A DNA stretch of 64,000 bases from Octopus sinensis (taxonomy: Eukaryota): assembly GCF_006345805.1 (NCBI RefSeq), contig NW_021836168.1:1-64000 (forward strand), written 5' to 3'. Positions 53,417 to 64,000 of this stretch are shown here, piece after piece. Below the pieces are notes generated by a model, which saw nothing but the letters and a program-made list of their open reading frames with translations, made no database searches and had not been told where the DNA came from. Within the stretch, counting starts at the first letter, position 1. The number at the start of each line of letters is the position of its first letter. The translations under genes were made by a program, and so were the position numbers.

Positions 53417-54119
53417 TATATACACATACACACGCACACACATACGCACACAGCAATATACATGTACACAATGATTCACATACGCTTTACAACACCAATA
53501 TCGTAAAAATACACCTCGCCATACTTAATAACGTAACCAAACACGTTAAAAACAGAAACGTAACATTAAACAGGACGTAACATTTAACATAAACACGGTT
53601 TGCTATAAAACATAACAGACACATACATACACATAAACAAACACACACACACACACACATACACACACATACACACGCATACACACGTAATCGCAAGCAC
53701 ATAAAACTATGTGAAATCACGCAAGACCCTGGACACAAAGAATAATAAAAAAAAAACTAAAAAAAATAAAAGGAATAAAAAAAAAAAGCAAGCAAAATTC
53801 TAATTGCAATGTTAAGTTTAAATTGTGCCATGCCGCCAACCAACCAACCGTCTGGGTGAATGGTCTGGACGTCTCTCCTCGTTCGGTTGTTTAGCCAAGC
53901 GAACATGACTGCAGCCATGCAAATTCCAAATTGATTTCAGTCAATCATCAAGAGATGACCAGTGGTAGCCTTTGCAATGTTTACTGACCACTCCAAAAAC
54001 AATAATGGAAACCAAATATATTGATACCGTTCGTGGCCAACAGATATTGGATTCTTGTTTGCGGCAGCCATCATTATCTTTTTTTTTGTTTTGTTTTGTC
54101 TTAGTTTTTATCTTTACAT

Positions 54120-54144
54120 ATTGGCAGCATCATCATCATCATCA

Positions 54145-54200
<56 letters not shown>

Positions 54201-54314
54201 GTTATTATTATTATTATTATTATTATTGTTATTATTATTTTATTATTATTGTTGTTGTTGTTATTATTATTATTATCATTATTGTTATTAGTATCATCAT
54301 CATCATCATTATTA

Positions 54315-54350
<36 letters not shown>

Positions 54351-54607
54351 TATTATTATAATCATTATTGTTATTAGTATCATCATCATTGTTATTGTTA
54401 TTATTATTATAGTAGTAGTAGTACTATTATCATTATTGTTATTAGTATCATTATTATTATTATTATTATTATTATCATTACTGTTGGAGTTGTTACTAAT
54501 GTTGTTATTGTTATTTATTATTATTAGTAGTAGTAGTAGAAGTAGCGGTGGTGGTGGTGGTGGTAGTGGTTGTAGTAGTAGTAGTTGTAGTAGTAGTGGT
54601 GGTGGTG

Positions 54608-54651
<44 letters not shown>

Positions 54652-54700
54652 TGTAGTAGAAGTAGTGGTGGTGGTGGTGGTGGTGGTGGTGGTGGCAAGC
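54120..54700 (+). repeat. Compound (ATT)n/(AGT)n/(GGT)n microsatellite
   Basis: Direct observation. Confidence 0.95.
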
Positions 54701-55127
54701 TTTGTTTGTTGTTCTTGGAATTAGAAATTTAGTGTTTACCGTTTTGTTTTGTTTTCATTTCATCGTCGTTCCGTTTTGCGTTCCTATTTTGATTGCCTTT
54801 ACGGAAGGGACAAAAATAATTCCGTTGGTCTTGGACTGGTGTGAGTGGTCTTCGGTTTTTGGCTTCCGAGCGGCGCGTTTCCTTGTCAGACGAATGAACA
54901 AACGTGTAAGAAGCGAACAAAGAGGGATGGAAACTAGACAAGGGTGGAGGGGTAAATCTAACCCCCAACATCTGTGTGTGTGTGTGTGTGCATGTGTGTG
55001 TGTGTGTAAATATGTGAATGCATGTGTGTGTTTTTACAGGGGAATCTGTATACCTAGGCATGACACAGGCGTTGAGTGAGGATGTTTATGTCTGTGTATG
55101 TGTATATGTATATAAACAATATATATA

Positions 55128-55290
55128 CTATGTATATATGTATATATACTGTATATACATATATATTCTATGTATATATGTTTATATACTGTATATACAT
55201 ATATATACTATGTATATATGTTTATATACTGTATATACATATATATACTATGTATATATGTTTATATACTGTATATACATATATGTATAT
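55128..55290 (+). repeat. 40-bp tandem repeat, about four units, TA-derived
   Basis: CTATGTATATATG(T)TTATATACTGTATATACAT recurs at 55128, 55168, 55208 and 55248. Confidence 0.9.
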
Positions 55291-55366
55291 TATACATGTA
55301 TATGCGTAAAAAAAACATACGCACGCACATGCGTATACATAGGCATACATACGGATATACGTGTGC

Positions 55367-55400
<34 letters not shown>

Positions 55401-55522
55401 ATGCGCCTAAACGCACTCATACACACACGCATATAAGCATATACTTGTTTGCATATGCATATATGCATACGTATATATGTAAATGTGTATGTATGTGTGT
55501 GCGTGTGTGTGTTTGTGTGTGT

Positions 55523-55562
<40 letters not shown>

Positions 55563-55726
55563 TGTGTGGTGTGTACGCTCATACATATGTACAACGCGTG
55601 TGTATACATGCGTGCATGCATGTCAGTATTTATTTTAGCTTCACTCGCTTCCAATAGAAAAACAGGAACGGACATTGTCCACTCCACACCATCTCAGACG
55701 CATGCAATACAGGCAAATGCCCACGG

Positions 55727-55765
<39 letters not shown>

Positions 55766-56671
55766 CACCACAACTACCACCACCACAGCACCACCATCAC
55801 GACCACTACCACCTCCAGGGCCACCACACTTACACACACACATTTAGTATCCCAAACGGACACGCACGTAGGTTCACAAATAAACGCAGCCGCTCGCTCA
55901 CGCTCTGTCCATCACCAAAGAGGAAATGCCCCAACCGTAATATCAGACAAAGAAATTGCCTTATAATGATTAAGTCAACAGTAACGGTGCAAGAGGCTCG
56001 ATGGACTTTTAGCCATCTCGTCTTTCATTCCCAGGACTTGAGATAACGAGTGGGCAGTGTGCAGAAACATGGACAGCTGTGTTTGTGTGTGTAGTGTGAG
56101 TGTGTGTGTGCATATGTGTGTGTGTGTGTGTGCATGTGTGTGTGTGTGTGTGCATGTGTGTGTGTGTGTATGTATGTGTGTGTGGTGTGTGTGTATGTGT
56201 TAATGCACGAAGAGACGATTGTGCATAATGTCCATCTACATACAATCATAAGCATCACATGTCTGCGTACGTATTCATGTTATGGGTAGGAGTCACCGCG
56301 TGAGCTGCTACATGATCACGACAACTTGCTAGAAACACCAACCAAACCTCCCTCAAATTACACACGTATTGGTTTTAAGCAGGGGTTCTTAACGGGGATG
56401 TATATGACTCTTGTTGCTAAAATTTATGAGCAATAAATTGGTTACACTTCTACAGTACACAAAATATTCTAACAATTTTTTATACGCTTCTTGACAATAT
56501 TAAACTATAAAAGTATAATAGAATATTCTAAGCATCAAATGGCTATGAGGGTAAACCTGAATAGAACAGGGGCTAAAGGGGGCCATAAGCAAAAAATGGT
56601 TGAGAATCACCGATTTTAAAATAAACGCTTAAAATATATATTCTCAACATTTATTCCAAGGCGTAGGAATA

Positions 56672-57026
56672 ACACGGTTCCGGGTTCAGTCCCACTGCGT
56701 GACACTTCTACTATAGCCTCTGGCCAGCCAGAGCCTTGTGAGTGGATTTGGTAGACGGAAACGGAAAGAAACCCGTCGTATATATATATATGTGTGTGTG
56801 TGTGTGTATGTGTGTGTGTGTGTGTTTGTGTTTATTTGTGTGTCTGTGTTTGTCCCTTGACAGCCGATGCTGGTGTGTTTACGTCCACGTAACTTAACGG
56901 TTCGGCAAAAGTGTCCGATAAAACAAATACTAGGCTTACAAAAATATGTCCTGGGGTCGATTTGCTCGACTAAATGCGGTGTTCCAGCATGGCCACAGTC
57001 AAATAACTGAAAAGAGTGAAAGAGTA
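56672..57026 (+). mobile_element. SINE group A, 5'-truncated
   Basis: Homology to consensus. Confidence 0.88.
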
Positions 57027-57061
57027 ACAACATGTAGATCTAAATGTATAGCATGATCTTT

Positions 57062-57485
57062 TATCTTTTACTTGTCTAAGTTATTGGATTGCGGCCATGC
57101 TGGGGCACTGCCTTGAAGAATCTTAGCCGAACGAATTGACCCCAATATTCATTCTTTAAGTCTGGTACATATCCTGTCGATCTCTTTTGCCGAATCTCTA
57201 AGTTACGGGGACTTAGACAACACCGGTTGTGAAGTGGTTAGGGAAACAAACACAAACGCAAAGACACATACACACACACACACACACATACACACACACG
57301 CATATGCACGCATACACACACACATAGGCACACATATTATGCAGATACGACGGGATCTGTCTACAAAATCCACACAAAAGGTTTCGATCGGCCCGCGACT
57401 GTAGTAGAAGATATCTGTCCGAGGTACCACGCAGAAAAGATGAACCAGGAATCATGTGGTTGGCGAGCAAACTTTTTACAATGCA
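57062..57485 (-). mobile_element. SINE group A, diverged, tail-to-tail with the previous copy
   Basis: Homology to consensus. Confidence 0.82.
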
Positions 57486-57856
57486 ACCATTTTGAATAGT
57501 TTTATTCATACGTCTGACCAACCAGGGTTATTGTGGGGCTAACAACAACAACAAAAGCACCAAAATAACAGTATCATATGCAACAAAACTCCTATAAACT
57601 AGAGACCCCTAAACAAGTATTACACTTACCAGAATTAGAATCCCACTGAATGAAAATAACGTAATATCAATGTATGTTATAATATACACCTAGTATAATC
57701 TCATTACATGTTAGGATTATCTCTGCAGATATTCTAAAGAGATAAGCTTTTTACCAGCACAGACTTTTCACGACGTTTCGTGTTCGAGTGCGTCTAACGT
57801 AAACAACGATGCAATCGAAGATGGAAGAATGGTTAATGGGTGTATATACCATATTT

Positions 57857-58190
57857 CGGAGGCGCAATGGCCCAGTGGTTAGGGCAGCGGACTCGCGGAC
57901 GGAGGATCGCGGTTTCGATTACCAGACCGGGCGTTGTGTGTTTATTGATCGAAAACACCTACATTTTAGGTGTTTTCGCTCCATCACCCCTTGCCTCCAC
58001 GAGTCTCCGGCAAGAGAGGGGGGTGACCCCTGTTGTACTCTTTCGCCACAACTTTCTCTCACTCTCTCTTTCCTGTTTCTTGAGTAACGCTGCGATGGAC
58101 TGGCGTCCCGTCCAGCTAGGTGTGGGGGAACACATACGCCACAGAAACCGGGAAACCGGGCATATGAGCCTGGCTAAACTTGAAAAAGGC
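57857..58190 (+). mobile_element. SINE with group C head and a V-domain-like 3' part
   Basis: C head and centre, then CTGCGATGGACTGGCGTCCCGTCCAG, which resembles the V-SINE domain (from recall). Confidence 0.75.
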
Positions 58191-58379
58191 GACGTTTTTT
58201 TTCATGCCATATTTCAGGTGTTCTTGCTCCTTCATCATCACTATATATACCTGTAGGGATAACCTTAATAACACTGCTAGCACAGTACAACACAGTATTG
58301 ACTAATAAAGCGTTTAATATAGTTTGTAGCATAGTATGGCCGCATAACGAAATACGGTGTCCTTTCAAGTCATTAATAA

Positions 58380-58530
58380 TCACGTTAATCCTTTCTACTA
58401 TTGGCATAAGGCCTGAAATTTTGGGGGAGGGGAGTAATCGATTATATCGACCCCAGTGTTTCACTGGTACTTAATTTATCGACCCCGAAAGGATGAAAGG
58501 CAAAGTCGACCTTGGCGAAATTGAACTCAA
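58380..58530 (-). mobile_element. SINE B partial, third tail type
   Basis: B centre followed by CCCCCAAAATTTCAGGCCTTATGCC tail; same tail at 29325-29430 on +. Confidence 0.75.
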
Positions 58531-59054
58531 ATAATCTCATTACTGCTGAGCTTCCTTATTTATACAAGCAATACCCGGCAGACTACTTCACGGATCGAGT
58601 CAGAGTTAGCAACCATGTTGCTTAAATAAGGGCGAAGACTCCATTGATTTAAATAAAAATAAAGGGGCTGATAATATTTTCAATTACATTAACTTAACAA
58701 AACATATATTATCCGACCGTGTGTAGTGCAACCCCTAATACCTACATATCAGAAGTTTGTTATACCCCAGGCTTCAATAACTAACCTAAGCGTATAAAAC
58801 TCATACGTATGGGTATGAGCGGGTATGTGTGCACGCGCACGCGTGTGTATGTGCCTGTATACCGTACGTATGCGTATGAGAGAAAGAGAAAGATTACGCG
58901 TGTTGTGTACGTCCGAGTATGGGTGATAATCCTGATCAAAGGATCAAAAGGATGGCACATTAATGGCGGTAAAAAGTTTAATATATTTTAAATGTAGAGT
59001 CTATAATTTATTTTAAATTTTATTCGAATCTTACAAGTAATACTGTTTCACGAG

Positions 59055-59437
59055 TGGAGGTGCAATGGCCCAGTGGTTAGGGCAGCGGACTCGCGGGTAT
59101 AGGACTACGGTTTCGATTCCCAGACCGGGCGTTGTGAGTGTTTATTCAGCGAAAACACCTAAAGCTCCACGAGGCTCCGGCAGGGGACGGTGGTGATCCC
59201 TGCTGTACTCTTTCACCACAACTTTCTCTCACTCTTACTTCCTGTTTTTGTTGTACCTTGTATTTCAAAGGGCCGGCCTTGTCACTCTCTGTGTCACGCT
59301 GAATATCCCCGAGAACTACGTTAAGGGTACACGTGTCTGTGGAGTGCTCAGCCACTTACACGTTAATTTCACGAGCAGGTTGTTCCGTTGATTCGGATCA
59401 ACCGGAACCCTCGTCGTCGTAACCGACGGAGTGCTTC
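59055..59437 (+). mobile_element. SINE group C, full length
   Basis: GGAGGTGCAATGGCCCAGTGG...GTCGTCGTAACCGACGGAGTGC. Confidence 0.92.
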
Positions 59438-59780
59438 CCCCCACTCTGTTTCGCGGTCAAAAAGAGTTCACCTTCGCAGGTTATACTCTTTTTGCATCTC
59501 ACCACCGAATTTATGCAGTTAAACAAGTTGCTTAGTTGCAATTTTTTACCTTATCTTTTGTCTGTTTCATTCGTTGGACTTCACCCATGCTTGGACATCG
59601 CCCTGAAGGATTTTGGACGAACAAATTTATTTTAAAGACTGGTACTTATTCTATCGAATTCTTTTGCCAAATAACTAAGCTACAGGGATATAAAGAAATG
59701 AACACTTCTTAGCAAGCGATGGTAAACTACAAACACAAACACACACTTATGTATATATAAGACGTGCTTCCACACAGTCT

Positions 59781-60933
59781 TCTATTTATTTACTGCCCAC
59801 AAGGAGCTCCACACAGAGGGGACAAACAAGGACAGACAAACGGATTAAGTCGATTACATCGACCCCAGTGCGTAACTGGTACTTATGTAATCGACCCCGA
59901 AAGTATGAAAGGCAAAGTCGACCTCGGCGGAATTTGAACTCAGAACGTAGCGGCAGATGAAATGCCTATTTCTTTACTACCCACAAGGGGCTAAACACAG
60001 AGGGGACAAACAAGGACAGATAAACGGTTTAAGTCGATTACATCGACCCCAGTGCGTAACTGGTACTTATGTAATCGACCCCGAAAGTATGAAAGGCAAA
60101 GTCGACCTCGGCGGAATTTGAACTCAGAACGTAGCGGCAGATGAAATGCCTATTTCTTTACTACCCACAAGGGGCTAAACACAGAGAGGACAAACAAGGA
60201 CAGACAAACGGTTTAAGTCGATTACATCGACCCCAGTGCGTAACTGGTACTTATGTAATCGACCCCGAAAGGATGAAAGGCAAAGTCGACCTCGGCGGAA
60301 TTTGAACTCAGAACGTAGCGGCAGATGAAATGCCTATTTCTTTACTACCCACAAGGGGCTAAACACAGAGGGGACAAACAAGGACAGACAAACGGTTTAA
60401 GTCGATTACATCGACCCCAGTGCGTAACTGGTACTTATGTAATCGACCCCGAAAGGATGAAAGGCAAAGTCGACCTCGGCGGAATTTGAACTCAGAACGT
60501 AGCGGCAGATGAAATGCCTATTTCTTTACTACCCACAAGGGGCTAAAACACGAGGGGACAAACAAGGACAGACAAACGGTTTAAGTCGATTACATCGACC
60601 CCAGTGCGTAACTGGTACTTATTTAATCGACCCCGAAAGGATGAAGGCAAAGTCGACCTCGGCGGAATTTGAACTCAGAACGTAGCGGCAGATGAAATGC
60701 CTATTTCTTTACTACCCACAAGGGGCTAAACACAGAGAGGAAAAACAAGGACAGACAAACGGATGAAGTCGATTATATATACCCCAGTGCGTAACTGGTA
60801 CTTAATTTATCGACCCCGAAAGGATGAAAGGCAAAGTCGACCTCGGCGGGATTTGAACTCAGAACGTAGCGGCAGACGAAATACGGCTACGCATTTCGCC
60901 CGGTGTGCTAACGTTCTTGCTAGCTCGCCGCCT
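59781..60933 (-). mobile_element. SINE B hexamer: one head plus six 184-bp body units
   Basis: Unit boundaries at about 59781, 59965, 60149, 60333, 60517 and 60700; single head at 60885-60933. Confidence 0.95.
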
Positions 60934-61553
60934 TTGTGCTTCCACGCAGTTTCTGCCAACCAAATTTATTCACAAGGCTTTGGTCGACCCGGGGCTCTAG
61001 TAGAAGACATCTGCCCAAGGTGTCGCTCAGTGGGATTAAACCCGAAACGACGAGGTTGCAATGTGACCTTCTTGGCCACACAGCAGCGTCTGTGCCTATA
61101 AGTTCAAATAAAATTTTAAAACACTTTTCTGTATGTATGTGTGTTCGTGTTCCTTTATTTCCTCGGCGCGCAACGGTGGTTGCAAAGCCACCACATGCGA
61201 TTAATACAAATCGAGAAAGAACCACTACATTGAAATAAGTATCGGATTCATTGCTATCCTCATACACAATACCTGTTGCAAAAGCACGGTAACTATCCAG
61301 TGACTGAAACTGTTACAAGATTAAATAATTATTAAATGCAAGATTAAATAATTATTACAAGAGTAAATGATTATAACATTTGTGGTAGACAACAGGTACA
61401 AAATAATAGTAGTACCAATGCCTACAGGAAACACGGTAATTTCGTCAGATGAAACCGCCTGGCATGACATGAAAACGGTCGGCTGCTAACATGTGTATCA
61501 TATCAAGTAGAACTTTTCGGTTAAACGACCGCGTTAAACGTGTGTGTGTGTGT

Positions 61554-61595
<42 letters not shown>

Positions 61596-61992
61596 TGAGC
61601 GAGTGTGTGTGTGTGTGTGTGAGCGAGTGTGTGTGTGTGTGAGCGAGTGTGTGTGTGTGTGAGCGAGTGTGTGCGTGTGCGTGTGCGCTTTTATATATAA
61701 GTATATATGCGTGTATATATAAATATATAAAAGTGATCTAGCATATTAAAAAGAATCCGAAGATAAAATATTTATATATACCAATTAAGGACTGAACACG
61801 AAAAGTGGTTAGTCAACATGCTGTTTGAGAACATAATCTTTGTGGAGAATGGCGATTTGACGTCTATATCAGCATGTTGACTGTCCACTTTTCGTGTTCA
61901 GTCCTTAATTGGTATATATAAATATATATATACATACACACACACACGCATAAATACATACGTATGGATATATATATCTATGTATATGATTG

Positions 61993-62081
<89 letters not shown>

Positions 62082-63454
62082 GTATATAGAAACACATATA
62101 TTAAATATATATTAAATGTGTGTGTAGAGAGAGATAGATAAATAGATAGATGGATAGATAGATAGATAGATAGAGATACGTATGTGTGTGTGTATGTAAT
62201 CATACACATACGTATATAGATATATATATGGATACATACATGCTTAGTTAAGCATGGTTATATGGGTGTGTACATTATCGATAGAATAAATGAAAACCTC
62301 TAGTAAGCAACTACAAAACACACACACACACACACACAGAGTTATACGTATTGACGATGTGTGTAATACAAGGATGCATAAAGCACAGACATACAGACAG
62401 TTACGCTGAAGTCCACACAGAAACCATATAATGAAGGGAATAGAAAAGACCCGGATTTCGTGCCACAAACCGAATTACGAAATATTCACTTACAGGGAAT
62501 TGCAGTTATGGCGTTGACCTTTCACCAATCTCATTTTCGAGCAATTTTTATTGGCTGTTTATATTATGTGGTTTCGAGTTTTATTTGCGAGCTGTGTGGA
62601 CGCTGAAGAGGACAAACGCCAAGTAGTTTTTGTGTCAGACAGGAGTTCCAAGTGACAATTTCCAGCGGTCATTTCCGAAATGAGAGAATGGACATTTCAC
62701 ATGTCGGAAACATTCGTATATTATTTGCTGACGTAAACGTTTTCTACTTTTCCTTTTTTCTTTTTTTCTTTTTCCTCATTTTTTTAAAATTCCTCCTGTC
62801 TTTTCTTTTTTTTTTTTTTTTCTTTTTCTTTTTCTTATCATGGTTCGATTCGTCTTTGGTTAATTATGCTTTCGGAGGTTAGAATTAAGTAATAAAACAG
62901 AAAACGAAATTGAGGAAATTGCATGAGATATTGGCTAGCTGGACGTGGAGAAATTGTCGATTGGTGTCCGAACTATCTGGACTAAATAACGGCCACATAC
63001 ACTGCTATTACAATTGTTTCGATCGTATCGTGATGTCATTTATAATAGCTACGCCATGCTCGATTAAATATCTTCCGTGCATCGAACAAAAAGAACGTAA
63101 TAAATCATAGAAGTTTTAAACAATTTGCATTGGCATAAAACAATTAAAACTTTTTACAGTCCATAAATTGCCGGGTATCAACTAATGAACTGATCAGCGT
63201 AAAATACATGAGTTAGTATCTTGATAGATAGAAGAACGACAGGCAGACGGACGGATGGACAAAAGACAGTCAGACGGACAGATACGTACACACACACATA
63301 TACATACATACATATATACATACATGCATGCATGCATGCATACATACAAATTTACATAAATACATTCATACACAGATACATACATACATACATACATACA
63401 TACATACATACATACATACATAATACATACATACATACATACATAATATGTATA

Positions 63455-63637
63455 TATTTCGTCTGCCGCTACGTTCTGAGTTCAAATTCCGCCGAGGCCG
63501 ACTTTGCCTTTCATCCTTCCGGGGTCGATAAATTAAGTACCAGTTACGCACTGGGGTTGATATAATCGACTTAACCCATTTGTCTGTCCTTGTTTGTCCC
63601 CTCTGTGTTTAGCCCCTTGTGGGTAGTAAAGAAATAG
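63455..63637 (+). mobile_element. Headless unit-length SINE B
   Basis: Starts TATTTCGTCTGCC and ends AAAGAAATAG, the same boundaries as the array unit. Confidence 0.88.
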
Positions 63638-63639
63638 AT

Positions 63640-63960
63640 TACTGATAACAGAGACAATGTAGGTATTCACCAACCCTGCCTGACATTTCAGAGACAGCTT
63701 CCTCTCAGTCCACTTCTGGGTAAGACTGGTCACCTTGTACGTCACCTAGTCCAAATTCTTATCTACCTGAAGGTTGGGACCGAACCGGACCGCGAATAGT
63801 TTAACTGATCGGTCTGTTCAGCGCCCTACGATGCCATCGACTTGTCTCTCCAGGCCAGTTCAGCGTCCTCACGACGACATCAACTTGTCACTCCAGGTAC
63901 CCAGCCGCAAGCGACAGAAACACCTCCGATGTTTCACACAGATATTGTCATGGTAATAAA
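63640..63960 (-). mobile_element. Tx1/L1-clade LINE ORF2 fragment
   Basis: VGR*TDRSVKLFAVRFGPNLQVDKN...KVTSLTQKWTERKLSLKCQAGLVNTYIVSVI, resembling the post-RT W..R.LSL.G motif. Confidence 0.7.
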
Positions 63961-64000
63961 GTCATTGCGTAGCTCTACTGTTTTATCATTTTGCTTTTCT

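Noticed and set aside
59055-59130. tRNA gene-like sequences (heads of groups A, B, C)
   Set aside because: No complete cloverleaf or acceptor stem; each runs into a multicopy SINE body
59781-60933. CRISPR-like regular array
   Set aside because: Whole 184-bp units repeat with no unique spacers; eukaryotic SINE context; no cas genes

Overview
AT-rich, extremely repeat-dense eukaryotic DNA. The SINE families and microsatellite load resemble an octopus (coleoid cephalopod) genome, which is my inference and not the result of a search. I can find no intact protein-coding gene, rRNA, tRNA gene or CRISPR array; almost every long ORF in the track is a microsatellite or SINE translation. The window is a transposon graveyard. 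It holds three tRNA-head SINE groups (working labels A, B, C; dozens of copies), mariner and maT (DD37D) relics, a degraded piggyBac, R4/Dong-type RLE LINE 3' ends, Penelope-like (PLE) RT and GIY-YIG fragments, a Tx1/L1-like fragment and non-autonomous Helitron-like elements. Most notable: (1) a zero-spacer ~420 bp palindrome set in (TA)n with a minimal type I hammerhead ribozyme on each strand, plus related hammerhead folds elsewhere with different sequence but the same architecture; (2) a SINE that occurs as full-length copies, unit-length headless monomers and head-to-tail multimers up to 6x184 bp; (3) an inverted 66-bp copy of a possible terminal exon that could act as an ADAR editing-complementary sequence. 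Frequent 1-nt indels may reflect decay or unpolished long-read errors. Most boundaries are approximate to within about 10-20 bp.
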